A stretch of 64,000 bases of DNA from Octopus sinensis (GCF_006345805.1 NC_043000.1:122884001-122948000); one strand, 5' to 3'; shown: positions 1-14,640, numbered from the stretch's first letter. Notes: generated by a model from the sequence alone, not told the origin. Numbers and translations: made by a program.

Positions 1-47
1 TAAATGCAAAACAACACCACGGAGGAATCGACGTAAGCTTAAATAAT

Positions 48-463
48 CTTTTCTACTCAAGAGACAAAGCCCGAAATTATTAGGGAGGGGACCAGTCGAT
101 TTTATCGACCCCAGTACGCAACTGGTACATCATTTATCGACCCCGAAAGGATGAAAGGCAAAATCGACCTTGGTGGAATTTGAACTCAGAACATAAAGAC
201 AGACGAAATACCTATTTCTTTACTACCCACAAGGGGCTAAACACAGAGAAGACAAACAAGGACAGACAAACAGATTAAGTCGATTATATCGACTCCAGTG
301 CGTAACTGGTACTAATTTAATCGACCCCAGTGCGTAACTGGTGCTTATCTAATTCGACCCCGAAAGGGATAACCTCGGCGGAATTTGAACTCAGAACGTA
401 GCAGCAGACGAAATACAGCTAAGCATTTCGCCCGGCGTGCTAACGTTTCTGCCAGCTCGCTGC
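48..463 (-). mobile_element. tRNA-derived SINE, family A (dimeric copy)
   Basis: Minus-strand head GCGAGCTGGCAGAAACGTTAGCACG with B-box-like GAGTTCAAATTCC, core GCCTTTCATCCTTTCGGGGTCGATAA; the same sequence recurs more than 10 times in the window. Confidence 0.85.
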
Positions 464-1310
464 TTTATCCTAGGGAAAAATATATTAATAACATAATTAC
501 TTTTACTACCCTCCAAAAAATTAACAAGTTTCCTGACCAGATCAAGTAAGAAGCATATAATCAGAAAAGTGTAAAACGTAGAAAACTAGGTCTTTGGATT
601 ATATTGTGGTATGTTATTGTTGTAAAGTGTATTCATTCCTCAACCATTCTTTTCTTTAATTGTAATCATGTAACATAGCTTAAAGCAGAGTTGCTGATGT
701 TTTTCGTTTTGTTTTTTTTTTCTTTTCCTTGGAATGCGAAAATGTGAAGAAAAAATATTGCCAATTCAGAGGTGACAACCTTTTCAACTGAACAACTAAA
801 CTACTTGCTAAACGAGAAACTAAAAAAAGTGGCTCATCGAATTCTCTCTTATAAATTATGAATGTTCATATACATACACACATATGTAAACACGTGTGTG
901 TGTGACACATACGTCTAGATTGTATTATTTTAATTTCCAAGTGAAACAGCCGTAATAAGTTTTGTCGCCGTTTCGAAATTAAACTTTATTAGTGATGTAC
1001 CTAAGTAAAATTACATTTATTTTGCAATTATGACGTACATAATTGAATTATCCTCCTTTGAGAAAAATAATGACAAGATAAAGAAAAAGAAACTATTTCG
1101 AACTTATGAAGATGAATCAACAAACGGACTTGAAATTGGATGATTTTTCTTCGTTAATTTAAATAATCAAACACCTAAAAAATAAATTGAAAGATATTTT
1201 TTAATAAGTGAATGAATGAAGGTACGACTGTGGATATTTTCGTGATGGTATTGTTTCGTTTTGTTTTTATTTGGCAATTTTTTACACACGTATACTTGTA
1301 ATTAGTCAGT

Positions 1311-1543
1311 CTACGTGATTGGCAACTTCCATCCAACGACGCAAGGCAGCCTACGTGATTGGCAACTTCCATCCAACGACGCAAAGCAGCCTACGTGATT
1401 GGCAACTTCCATCCAACGACGCAAGGCAGCCTACGTGATTGGCAACTTCCATCCAACGACGCAAGGCAGCCTACGTGATTGGCAACTTCCATCCAACGAC
1501 GCAAGGCAGCCTATGTAATTGGCAACTTCCATCCAACGACGCA
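1311..1543. repeat. 40-bp minisatellite, about 5.8 copies
   Basis: Unit CTACGTGATTGGCAACTTCCATCCAACGACGCAAGGCAGC starting at 1311, 1351, 1391, 1431, 1471 and 1511 (partial); only 3 substitutions. Confidence 0.97.
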
Positions 1544-2169
1544 GAGTCACTAGATGTGATGACACGAATAATATTCTACACTGAAATGACCAACCGAAAA
1601 TTTTCACCGAGAACTGTAACAAGATCCAGGAGCCAACAACGTAGAAAACGCAAATGTCACACTACTGTTTTTAAAAAAATGAGGATACATACATACACAT
1701 ACTCGCACATGAAGTAGAACTTCGTGGCGCATGATAATCTAGGAAGGCAATCAGAGAGATCTCAACGCTGTTCAGGTTAATGCTTATTCATTAACACAGT
1801 TTTGAATTAATCATACATTATCTCGGGCCTTTGAAATTTCAAAGATGTGATTGATTACCTTGTAGGGTAAGTGCGAGACGCTGGATATGGTCCGTTTGAA
1901 AATTAAAAAATGGTAAAATATTTTGGGCGTACATAGCCATTTGAAATACTAAACGATTAATATGTATATGTCATCATTTTAAAAAAATGGCTTCATATAC
2001 ATAACACCATTTAAAATATGTATCCAGATGATATTGTACATTAATGGAGCAGAAATCTCGCTATTTGTAGACACCCATGCATATATGAATGTTTGTGTGC
2101 CCTAACAAATGTTCTTTCTGTCATTGATCTGTAGCTGTGCAAAATGAGCACCAGATATGTCAGCGGTTT

Positions 2170-2559
2170 CAAAATTTGATACAGGACCAACACTTTTTTG
2201 AGGGGAGGGGCAGTTGATTACATCGACCCTAATACTTGAGTAATACTTATTTTATCGATCCCAGAACAACGAAAGGCAAAATTAACCTTGCTTGAATTTT
2301 GACTCAAAAATCTCAAAGACGTATGAAATACCTATTTCTTTACTACCCACAAGGGGCTAAACACAGAAGGGACAAACAAGGACAGACAAAGGGATAAGTC
2401 GATTACATCGACCCCAGTGCGTAACTGGTACTTAATTTATCGACCCCGAAAGCATGAAAGGCAAAGTCGACCTCGACGGAATTTGAACTCAGAAAGTAGC
2501 GGCGGACGAAATACCGCAAAACATTTCGCCCGGCGTGCTAACGATTCTGCCACTCGCCG
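2170..2559 (-). mobile_element. SINE family A (dimeric copy)
   Basis: Same head, core and tail as 48-463. Confidence 0.85.
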
Positions 2560-3649
2560 ACCTCACCAGTAATATCGATGTCAACAATTTTAATTTAATG
2601 CATGACAGTTGGCAAAACATTTAGGTGTTCCATTTCCTTTCATATTTTGTACTTTCTTCGAAAATAATTATTACCAAAACGTACAGGAATTTAATGTCTA
2701 ACGTTTGCTTCTTGTGTTATATTTATGAAACCAGATCGAAAATTTGCAGAAACGGCTGAGTGCCGGAATATATATTCTGATATATTTAGTATTATCCCAC
2801 TGGTTTCTGAATTCAATTTCTCTGCAATGACGATTTTGCTTCTAATCCCTTCAGGCCCGTGAAAAGAAACAAAGAAACTGTAATGTGCTGAGACGATTAA
2901 ATCTATTATAACATCGTTCCATATGAAAAATTGCCTTCCGGCTAACAGCAAACGGTATTTAAATATGAGCAAACTTGTTAATGTAGTAAATTTCCATTCA
3001 AAGAATACTGCCAAAGGTCCTTATCCCTATAAATAAGAGCAGTACTTAACTTATAGATTGTGTAGATTATAATTTCTCACATTAGTACTAGGCAAACTTT
3101 TGTGGTTAGGAAACAGTCGATTAATTCGCCCCCACTGTTGACTGGTACTTATTTTATAGATCCCGCCAGAAGGTATATTTTGTGTAGATAATGACTGATA
3201 CATTTAGAATATTGTGAATTTTGTTTCACCAAAATATCTTCGAATTTAAAGTTATACTGTGTAACTGTTGTTTACGAATCTAGCCACGGCGTGTTCTGGC
3301 AAGGTGTTATACTATTTTCGTATTTCTCTTTACTTCCTTTGCATTCTGTTTTCGTTTCTAGATGTTTATAGGTGGTTGATCAATGAGGCAAAGGATAATT
3401 TACGCTGATCTGTTGAAGATGCACAGTATATTCTTGAGGTAAGAACACCACGTGTAAGAACTTGAGTAGTTTGAAAGACGAAGTTAGGTATTTAAAGCGA
3501 TGCATAAACTAACCACAGCCTGGAAATTAATCATTTCAGTAAATCCAGACACATTTCGCTGGAAACGAAAATATACATAGAAAATATCTCGAAGAAATTA
3601 CATCCCAGCATTGGTATGTTTGCATTAAGTTTGACTATCATATATTAGT

Positions 3650-4030
3650 TTCGAATTTTGGCACAAGGCCAGCAGTTTTGGGGGAGGGGAAGGCGGCGAG
3701 CTGGCTGAAACGTTAGCACGCCGGACGAAATGCGTAGCCGTATTTCGTCTGCCGTTACGTTCTGAGTTCAAATTCCGCTGAGGTCAACTTTGCCTTTCAT
3801 CATTTTGGGGTCGATAAATTAAGTACCAGTTGCGTACTTGGGTCGTTCTAATCGATTTGCGTCCTCTCCAAAAATTCAGGCCTTGTGCCTAGAGTAGAAA
3901 AATTTTGGAGGAGGGGTAAGTTGATTAATTCAACCCCAGTGACTCGACTGATACTTACTTTATCGATCCCTGCGGAATTTGAACTCCGAACGTGGAGACT
4001 GATGAAATGATGTTAAGCATTTTTGTAACT
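3650..4030. mobile_element. Nested SINE family A copies (plus copy about 3690-3901 inside a minus copy)
   Basis: Plus head AAGGCGGCGAGCTGGC at 3690, flanked on both sides by minus-orientation family A sequence. Confidence 0.75.
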
Positions 4031-4121
4031 GTTCTTCTTTTGCTAGATGCTTAGGTATGATTTGAGGGGCATTTGAAAGCTAGTTCTAGTATGTCAAGTG
4101 ATAACGTAGAGTCTAAGCTTG

Positions 4122-5260
4122 CTTCTTCTTCCCTTTTAGGTGCCATGCCTTGAATGCAGGACATAAGCGATCATATAATGCTGCAGTTCTCTGTTCTTTG
4201 TCTTCTATAACAGTTTCACTTTCTGATATTTAATGCTTCTTTTTCTCCTACTAGTGTGTCAAACTTGACATCCCTATCATCCTTCTCCTTCCTCTGCTTC
4301 TTCTTTCAATCTTTCCAGTCATCGCTATATTCTCCAAGTCGCCTTCCCTCATCACGTGATCTAGAAATTTAAGTTTCCTATTTACTGCAGACTGGGTCAT
4401 CACTTCTTCTTTAGATGCTTTGCCCGTGCTATCCCCCAATATTCTTCTGAAGAACCACATTTCACAGTTTTCCACTCATCCTCTCATTTCGGATGTTATA
4501 GACCTTGACTCGCTTCCATACCTTAACACAAGATAGACATAGCATATTGCTATATCTATCTTGCAATTTACGGATCCTGGTCTTGAATACACATTCTCAA
4601 CATGTTGTACAATTTTGAGAGTACAGATTGATTTTTGCCAGCTCTATTCTTCTTCCGATCTCTTTCACTCATCTAACGTCATCTGTGATCAATGTTCTAA
4701 TGTAGTTGAAGGATGATACCTGCTTCATGATTTCATTATTCACCTTCAGCAGGCATTTAGGCTTCCATTCTTTGTCAACACCGTACACTTTGTCTTCTTA
4801 CAGTTTATGAACAGAAACGTCCTCTCCTTTTCTCTGACCACAACATTCAGAAGTCACCGAAGTTCTTTTTATAATTCGGGATGTAAGGCTGTGTCATCTG
4901 CCTATCTTTGTTTGTGAGTTTTCTGTCTCCAACTCTCGGACTTTTTCCTTCTCCAGTTCTTTTGTGATCAATTCACTATAGTAATTGAAGAGGACTGATG
5001 ACATAGCACATCCTTGTTTAATCCCTCTGCTAATGCTAGTATATTCACAGTATTATCAATTCATTTTATGCAAGCTGATTGGTTTCAATACAGACTCTGT
5101 AAAATTCGGAGATCTTTCCTGCGCAGATCAACGGTCTTCAAATAACATGTCATGTCTTCTTTTGTCGAAGCCCTTTGTGTAATCTATGAAGCACTTAAAG
5201 ACGTGGTTTTGCCTCTCCACCGCCAGCTCTGTTATCATTCTCAATACAAAAATGGCAAGT
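4122..5260 (-). mobile_element. Decayed, 5'-truncated RTE-clade LINE (RT C-terminal part and 3' end)
   Basis: Minus-strand translation gives AIFVLR..FIDYTKGFDK, a disrupted YADD motif (R*ADDT), then EMWFFRRIL..KFLDHVMR..LENIAMTGKIE..RGRRR, ending GGCACCTAA plus a short GAA tail; stops and frameshifts present. Confidence 0.85.
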
Positions 5261-6840
5261 TTAAAAAGAAAACGCTTTGAAACTCGCATTAGTGTGAGGT
5301 TTTTTCTTTTTTTACCCAGGTAGCAATTGCAAAATTGTAAGGAAGTTCAGATCTATCATTCGAACCTAAATTTCTCCTACATAACTCAAGATTTCCACTT
5401 CATTTGAAAGCAATATTTTTTTACCACCACATGGACTTTAAACGAAAACAGGTAAAAGTGTGTATGTGTAAGAAATAACAAATATCCGAGATAAAGTCCA
5501 CATTTTGTTGGTGTGTTTATATTAACGAAATATTCACAAGATTTTTTTCTCTAATTGCTGAAATTCGAAAACTAATATTCGTCATTGACTAATATTGTTT
5601 AGATATTTTTCCTTCATCACATAATTATTTGAAGTTACTTTCTGATGCGGATGTCATCTCTGAGTTATTTATTAACTGAACTAAATACCTGGCCGTGAGA
5701 GAAGAATCTCCACTATATAAGTATTCAGGTTTAAAATGTCATCAGTCACGACTCTGAGTTTAAATCCTGCTATCTGGTGGTTTGCCTTTGATCCCCTTCG
5801 ATCAATAAAATGAACATGTCTAATATATATAGAGATTGAAACAAATCGAATATTGTTTCTTTTCCAACAAAGACATCTTGTATCTAGAGATGAATACGGA
5901 TATTAGGAAGAGATGATTTTAATTACACATAAAACAGAGCCCTGGCGTGTCTTTGGTTCTATATGTTTCCACTTTGTATATTATACAATAGATATGAGAT
6001 GGCCTGGTTTGGTGTCCAAGGCCTGACTGTTCTGATCTATAAGTCATCAATAGGGGTCAGTTCATTGCTATTCAGCGTTTCTGTCTTACAATAAATACTT
6101 GAATTAATCAATTCCGAGATTGTCTCAGCCTTATAATTGGTTTCATGCCACAACTTGTCTGTCATTCATACATCGAACATTTCACCAATAGACTTCAACA
6201 ACCAACAAATTCCGAGTTTTCAGCCAATAAAATATCTTTAAAAAAATCATCTGAAATCAATCCTCGCCTTATAAAGGTGGATGTACGTGCACTTACTTGA
6301 ATCGCGGATGCAGTACAACACACTAACTTGTTTTTCATTGGTTATCAGAAGCATGATGTAGTGGGATTTAGTCTCATATTTTATTGTTATCGAATATATA
6401 GTGAAATGAATAGAGATGAAATGCTTCATTAGATTCATAAAATGCAACAGGAAGAGATCACTATTATAAAGTAGTATTTCTAGTCACTTCTACAACTAAC
6501 GTGTTTTTTGTCTTTTTTGTTTGTTTGTTCATTTGTTTTTTGTCTTTTGTTTTTGCTTTTTATTTTGCTGTTTTTGTTTTTTTTTGCGTAAGTTTCTATG
6601 CTTAAAGAACCTGCGTTGTTAGTGTTCGATAGATAGAATGCTCTCAGAAATCGTGTAAAATATACCTAACTGCAAAGTAAGGTGATTAATTGCGAGAAAT
6701 GTTTAAGTAGAAATATCAAATGAAAAGCTGATGTTAGCAGAATAGTCAATGCCAATTTAGTTGAGGTGAAACAATGATCTTTACCAAAAATCTAATCACT
6801 AATTTCTACCAAACACACACACACACATATAATAATAATA

Positions 6841-6872
<32 letters not shown>

Positions 6873-8871
6873 AGGGGAAAATTCAATTTAATATTAAATC
6901 AAATTTCACAATATGAATATATAATATATATAAATTAGAGAAAAATCACTATTATGTAATTCAAACAATGATAGACGTAAATCATATCATATAGAAAAAC
7001 AAAAATATATTATAAAACATATATCTAGATCACAAAAAGTACATAACAATGAATAAACATTATATTATAAGTAAAAAGACTACGTAAAAAGACTATATAT
7101 ATATAATATAAATAATATATAAATATATGCATATATACATGCATATATGGGTACAGGACATCAAAAAAAAAGGTTGAAGACAATGAGAAACGAAAACATA
7201 AAAACAAAAACATAGAAACGAACTTTTTTCAAACAACGAAAAAAAAAAGAGTACAAGACATACAACAGAAGGAATGTTCCCTTTCTTCAGTTGTTCCTGT
7301 TTCATCTACTCCGCGTTTTCGAAAGTAAGAACAAGACCCGACTTCGTTGAAACAATCCTTCCCGTAAAGCAAATTAAATAAAATTTGCGATTTTTTGCGG
7401 AGGGTAAAAGTGGTAACAAGAACAGGACAGTATATATATATATATATATACTGTTGACACTCTTTTAATCTTCAATGTTACATATACGCTATTTTCTTTG
7501 TTTTGTTTGTGATATTTTTTCCTGTTGTTGATATAGTTAGTAATGTGATATGTTGAGCTCACAATCGTTGCAAAACCAATTTCTGTATCACATAAAGTAC
7601 ACCATCATCAATTCGAACGACATTCTCGATCCAAAGCAACTCTTTCACGCCAGATGTCCCGATGGAAGAGATGCGACACGAACGTCTGGCTTGGGTTTTA
7701 GTCACACTGGTCTTTCGCAAAGTAATAATAATGATAGAAATTGCTGTATACAGTGCTCAGGTGCACTACAACTACGAAAAAAGCCATCAGGTGTACTGTT
7801 GACGGATTTCGGGAAGCATGGAAATTTTGAAAGATGTCGTGTCTCGACAGTCGCATCAACGCTGGCCACGACTACAGATGGTAGCAGTAGTTGGCTAACT
7901 GAATTTTGTTGAACCGTTGAAGTTTTATGGTCTGTTGATCCTCTCAACACCTTGGGATATTCATTGATTCAATGAATTAATTTGACGAAATAGTTCACAT
8001 CCACTACGCTGCAGCCAATGGTTTCAACGTATTCTTTAGGTCAAATACCAACCTCAAAACATTATTCAATATGGATGTTCTACCCAGCGTTATAAATGTT
8101 TGTAGTTTATTATGGAATATTGATCTGAGAGTTTGATGTATGCCTGACGATTTGTCAACTATCCCGCCATAGCACAATTTCAAAAATAGACATGACAATA
8201 CGTTTGAGAATATTGCGATGTGGAAAGTATATACAAAAGTCTTCAGGGGATAAAAGTGAGCCCCCAGTATATTATATTGAAGAGATGTGCCTAATTAGGT
8301 AGGGTTAAAACTCACAACCATAAAGACGCAAGTTTGATTCTTGGACTGGGGTGGGGTTCGTTGAGCCCTTCATTTCACGTTACCCGTTTACTTCGCTGAA
8401 ATGAGTACTCTCGAGCGTTGGAGCCTCACTCATTCCCCCCTCTTTATGTATTTATCTATTTACCTATCTATCTATAAGTCTTTTTATCTCATCATGAATG
8501 TTCAGCTGGAGCAAGAGTGTAATGGGTGTTTACGTCTGCCCGGGGCCACATAGTCACCTGAGGACACTTAGCGAATAGTATTTGAAATATGAAATATGCT
8601 ACTAATTTATACTCGCTTTCAAGTTACAATTATAGTTGTTAATATACTACGCAATTGCTACATATGTATATAACTAAAATACGTTAAGACTCTGCCTTAA
8701 GTATAGTAAAATTCTTTATATAACAAATAATACCATTTATAACATAAAGATTAGCAATTACTCATTGATACTACACGAGGTTTTGAATTCGCGCTATTAT
8801 ATTTAAAAATATATACATTATATTCAGAAGTGCTGTATTTTTAATGACTATGTTTATACATGCCAGTAAAT

Positions 8872-8928
<57 letters not shown>

Positions 8929-10526
8929 TACTGCACACGTAACTTGATGTGTAAATTTATGTGGATACTTGTGTGCAAGCAGTTATGTGTGAATACGTTT
9001 ATGTGAATTTATATCGACTTTCGGCTTAAGCATTATGCCTGTGAACAACAGTTGTGTATATATATATGTATATATATTTATATCTATACATGTATAAATG
9101 GAAATATGCTTGTAGCAATTTGTGTGATTGTGAGTACGTATTCACGTGTTTATCACTCTGAATGTTTGTTAATTTATACTACTAAATTAGTTCGTAATTC
9201 TATGACATTGAATAAGAGTCGGAGACTGTTTGTCTAGTAATGTGTATTTGTGTCTCTTTGTCTCCAGGTGTCAATACATGTGTGTGTATGTGTGTGCTGT
9301 GTAATGTGTTATACCGTTACTGTTTATGAATGCGTTTATGTGAAGTGAAGTATTGTATGGTAGATTTTGATCAAAACAACTGATTGTTTTAGGAAGATTT
9401 TATTTATAAGGAATGGAATTAGCTGTAGGTGTTTTTCATACCAGCAGACCATCGATTAGATTATATTGATTTCTGGATCGAATCAGCAATAGAGTAGGAA
9501 CTATATTTGCTAGTCATATCTAATTCATTGGAACTGAACTTTGCCAAAGTACGCAGAGAGAGTGTCAGTACAATGAAGTCACATGGACTTGCTTCCCATC
9601 TAACGCTTGGTTTTAACACAAACTTGTCGTTTTATACATCATTTATATATTCGACACTTCTTCTAACACTAATAGTTGTGTGCAGAGACTAACTAACAGC
9701 TGGCGTTCGTTCCAAACCACTCACTGAAGTGATGAACAAGCATAAATGTTCTAAGCGCTTACTGTTTCACTGAAACATATATGAAAATACTTGACACACA
9801 AACCGACCAGCAAACCTTACAAATGCATCTACCCGTTCACAGAAATACACAGTTTTGTAGCACATTTCTCTGTCTCAAATATTTGTATTTGCAGCCTTAA
9901 AAGCATTTTTGTCTTTCGTTTTATTGATGTTGTTGTTATTGTACATGTTATTGTTGTTACACTTTTTCCCAACACTAAGCACTTCTGATAGCTTCAAGTT
10001 AACATAATCCATCAATAGATCAACATCAAAATGCTTATCTATGTCTTCACAATAAAATGTAAGTTGCTAGGCAACTTTAACACCTACACTACAACTTCTG
10101 GACGCCATTAAGAAAAACGTGACATGTACATTCAACAAATAGTACAAGAAACGATCTAGTCTTTTCATGTAAGCGCGTATGTGTGGTTGTTTGTGAGTGA
10201 GATTTTGCCTACGTGTCTATACTTGTGTGTACAGTATGTGGCTAAACATTCGAAGCTAGTAAAGTTAGCTTTATGTACATGAAAGTTAGTGGCTATCAGT
10301 AATTAAAAATTCACGAGTTAACATTTCTGCTACTATCATTCATTTAGCAGAGAGAAAATTGCTAACTATTAGCGGTATGCTTATAGAAACATAAATAAAC
10401 AACAGGATAATAATAAAACAAATAATATGTGTCACGTGAAAATTGAAAATACAAATTAGAAAAAAAAAGAAGAAAAAATGTAATTTCCTTTATTAGCCAC
10501 ACACTTTCTCTCTTTTTATTTCTCTC

Positions 10527-10592
<66 letters not shown>

Positions 10593-10732
10593 TATACATC
10601 TATGTTATTTCTGTGTATGTGTTCGTGTATGTATGCTCAAATATATATTTATATATATGTACAAACACACTCTCATATCTATATTTGTGTATGTGTATGT
10701 GTGTGAGTGTGTGTGTGTGTGTGAGAGAGAGA

Positions 10733-10801
<69 letters not shown>

Positions 10802-10959
10802 GTGTATACACACTCCTACACACACACGCTATCATGCCCATACATAATAGCCATAAGCACCTGATAGACACGAAAAATCTCAGAGAACAGATACGGTAAC
10901 CTAACACACTTCTTGTCAAAAGTATAAACATCGCAGGATGTTTATAATTTATAGGCGCA

Positions 10960-11125
10960 GGAGTGGCTGTGTAGTAAGTAGCTTGCTTACATGGTTCCGG
11001 GTTCAGTCCCACTGTGTGGCACCTTGGGCAACTGTCTTCTACTATTGCCTCTGGCCGACCAAAGCCTTGTGAGAGGATTTGGTAGACGGAAAATGAAAGA
11101 ATCCCGTCATATATATGTATATATA

Positions 11126-11176
<51 letters not shown>

Positions 11177-11395
11177 TGTGTGTGTTTGTGTGTCTGCGTT
11201 TGTTCCCCTAACATCACTTGATAACCGATGCTGGTGTATTTACGCCCCTGTAACTTAGCGGTTCGGCAAAAGAGACCGATAGAATAAGTACTAGGCTTAC
11301 AACGAATAAGTTCTGGGGTAGATTTGCTCGACTAAAAGGCGGTGCTCCAGCATGGCCGCAGTCAAATGACTGAAACAGGTAAAAGAGTAAAGGAG
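10960..11395 (+). mobile_element. tRNA-derived SINE, family B (CORE-like, internal TA/TG microsatellite)
   Basis: GGAGTGGCTGTGTAGTAAG head, GGTTCAGTCCC box, GTGGCACCTTGGGCAA CORE-like motif, tail AAAAGAGTAAA. Confidence 0.85.
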
Positions 11396-11552
11396 TATCT
11401 CTACATCGAAAATTCCAAATATATCTGATTTGTACAATGGCATCATATGACTGTGATGTATTTATAAGAAATAATGAAGTGAATTTTCCAGTTATGAGTT
11501 CTAATATCCCCAGTGGAATTCAATGCTGGAGACAAAGCGATTGGAGTTGTTG

Positions 11553-12014
11553 TCTTCTTCTTCTTCTTCTTCTTCTTCTTCTTCCAATCAGGACTCACGC
11601 CTACTCTAAGCTTCTAAGAATGCGTGTGGCAACTTGAAGATCCACCCACCACGCGCGATAGACTGGCGGTTGCACGGGCGCGAAAGCTACGTTGTTATCC
11701 TCATTCCGTAAACGGTGGCTTTTAACGGCTGGAGAGCTGAAACATCCTGGGGTACAGAGGTTTCGCAATCTAGACTAGGGTCTGAAAGTTTATCACACCA
11801 TAGGGGGTTACACCATGGTTCCTCTACTTTGTGGAAGAAGTAGCAAGAAAGAGTAAGAGAAAGTTGTGGAGAAAGAGTACAGCGAGGTTCACCACCACCC
11901 TCCGCCGGAGCCTCGTGGAGTTTAGGTGTTTTTGCTCAACAAACACTCACAATACCTGAGAATCGAAACCGCGTTCTTACGACCGCGTGTCTACTGGGCC
12001 ATTGTGCCTCCACT
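11553..12014 (-). mobile_element. SINE family C with about 215-bp 3' extension and (AAG)n tail
   Basis: Body matches 26791-27021 (opposite strand); extension nearly identical to 20494-20700; (TCT)n on plus at 11553-11583. Confidence 0.75.
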
Positions 12015-12206
12015 GACTTTCTACGACCAGTGGACCGATGTGGTTAAAGCGTCTTTTGAAATATGCAAGTTGACGATTGTAGATGAACTGTGGCTCAGGA
12101 TAATATTCCAAAAGGGGAAGAAGTAGCTGTTAGTAATAGTTAAGTGTAATGTAATACAAGAGGTGATATGTACACACACACATATATATATATGTATGTA
12201 TATTTA

Positions 12207-12400
12207 TTTCTTTATTGCCCACAAGGGGCTAAACATAGAGGAGACAAACAAGGACAGACAAAGGTATTAAGTCGATCAACCTCCTATCTAACTGGTACTT
12301 ATTTAATCGACCCCGAAATGATGAAAGGCTAAGTTGACCTCGGCGGAATTTGAACTCAAAACGTAACGACAGACGAAATACCACTAAGCATTTCTCCTGG
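12207..12400 (-). mobile_element. SINE family A
   Basis: Tail TTTCTTTATTGCCCACAAGGGGCTAAAC plus core and partial head. Confidence 0.85.
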
Positions 12401-12409
12401 TGAAATTGT

Positions 12410-12662
12410 TATGGCCCAGTTGTTATAGCGTCGCGCTCACGATTATGAGGTGGTGATTTCGATTCCCGGACCGCGCTGTGTGTTGTGTTCTTGAGGAAAA
12501 CACTTTATTTTCACGTTGCTCCAGTTCACTCAGCTGTAAAACTGAGCTTTGACGTCACTGGTGCCAAGCTGTGTCGGCCTTTGCCTTTTCCTTGGGTAAC
12601 ATCGTTGGTGTGGAGAGGGGAGGCTGGTATGCATGGGTGACTGCTGGCCTTCCATAAACAAC
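12410..12662 (+). mobile_element. tRNA-derived SINE, family D
   Basis: tRNA-like head, GTGTTCTTGAG motif, GACGTCACTGGTGCCAAGCTG body; related copies at 21340-21620 (-), 24715-24900 (+), 30660-30710 (-). Confidence 0.75.
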
Positions 12663-14640
12663 TGGCTGTTGCATCTGCTGTTTGTGTGTGAGGAGATGAA
12701 TTTGTTATTGCATTATTCTTCAGCTCCTATAAACGCTTTCGAGCGACCTTTAATAAATAGTGTTAAAACTCAATAATTTTCGTATTAAAAACTCATTTGA
12801 TGGATAAACATTTACACACAGCTACACCCAACGTAAAATAAACAATGAAAGCATCCTAAAGTTCACTGTTAGCAATGTTAAAACTGGCGACTATTTTATC
12901 CTATATAACAACTATAAAATCACAACAATAACGAGTGACTTTCACCAGTTCATTGAAATGAACTCGAGGTCTTGAAAAGATAATGGATTTAGAAAAATTT
13001 GTGCTCAAAACTAAATATAAAGGACTAATAAAGAACTATGAAAAATCATAAATGGAAAAAAGATTAAATTTGAATACGGTAGGGGGATTTCTATGCTTTG
13101 CGTGCTCGCGTATGTGTGTGTGTATGTGTAAGCATACTTGTGCCCGTGCTAGGTATGTTAGTTTTGCATATTTCTATGTATATGTGAGCGCACACATATT
13201 TATCTTTCCTTCCTCGATTTTGACAATATCTCAATCTCTATTTGTGTATATCGATTTCCCATATATCAATTGGTTATGATATCTATCTACGTATCTTTCC
13301 ATTAATCATCAATTTAACGTCTCCATTCCTCTCAAGATTTTTCTAATTTGTATCTCTTTTTCATATTCAGTTTATCTATTTATACTTATCTCACTACACA
13401 TCCAACTCTGGCTATTTCTATGTGAAATTAAAAGAACTAAGCGAACGAACTCAACGACGTCAAATTTGAATAATCATTTGACAGGGTGGGATACAAAGTA
13501 TTGTATACAAACATTTTTTCTTTGAATTTTTTCTCTGAGTGAGAAAGGAGAGACTGAAGTGAAACATGTCGGAAATTGTTTGTGCATCTCAAAGAGAGAA
13601 GGAGATAATATCAAGAAGCAGAGACTAGATTCTCAATTAATATGTCAGAGAAATGGCTTTTTGGTCTTTGTTGGCTGCAAGGTTCAAGTAGACCAAGTTT
13701 AAAAATTTACTTGATATCGACTTCAATCGAGGGCTTTCTTGTCCGAGAAACAAATCCTGTCTACATCAATTGCTTCCATTTCGCCTTACTCTAACATGGG
13801 CTCTTAGGTGTCTGTGGTGACCCAGATTTAATCGGAACAGAAAGTTAATTTAGTAAAAAATAACCACTTGATTGAGAGAACCGACTGCGGCCTTCAAAAC
13901 ATGAGTGATTCAGGCCTTATTATGTGGTACCAATGCATGTGCAGAGACCGAGGAATAATCAGCTTGTTAAATGTTACCCACCAGGCAGTACTGCAGTACA
14001 AGGACCAAAATCTGGATTACTGATTTGCCCTTGCCCTTCTCTAACCACTGTTAAGCGAATCGGTTTGAGTTTTCCGCCAGTTACTATTGCTGTTTCTACC
14101 TTGGGACCAGAGATACATGAGGGCGGCCGAATTCCACATACCACGAATTCATCGTTTGGAATTCAGCATTTGGGTGAATCAACACTATGAACTGCTGACT
14201 TCTCTTTCCTGAGGAAACCCGCCACTGATCGTTCGAACCTCCACATCTGAAAGTCACTCTGCAATAAGCCACTCGTGGATATACTCTGCCCAGTTAGCAC
14301 CAGTACCCAAACACAGATAGTATTCTGAACTCTACACCTTAGAGTTAATTATCTAAACGTCATTTCGATCTCGCCTTAAATTATTTCCCTGAGCACTTTT
14401 TATTTATACACATATCAAGGCCTAATGTTATCCTCAAAATGCAAAATCATATTTTCTTATCTACAAGGAAGTTAACCCTTTCCCAAAATAATCTATTAAA
14501 AAGCAATTTTGGTATTATTACTAACTTCAGGGAAGCCACAAAAAGGATGACATGAGGATCACAACTTCAAACAATTTGGTTGTCTTCCAGCTTTATTGTA
14601 GATAATATGATTATTCTTCATGTCAGACGGTACTGTACAG

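Noticed and set aside
1311-1543. CRISPR-like array
   Set aside because: Contiguous identical units with no unique spacers, no cas genes, eukaryotic context
2691-3014. 107-aa minus-strand ORF
   Set aside because: No recognisable motif; a few ORFs this long are expected by chance in 64 kb
7550-8200. 120-aa ORF and faint mariner- or piggyBac-like words
   Set aside because: No coherent catalytic motif in any frame; the resemblance is not supportable
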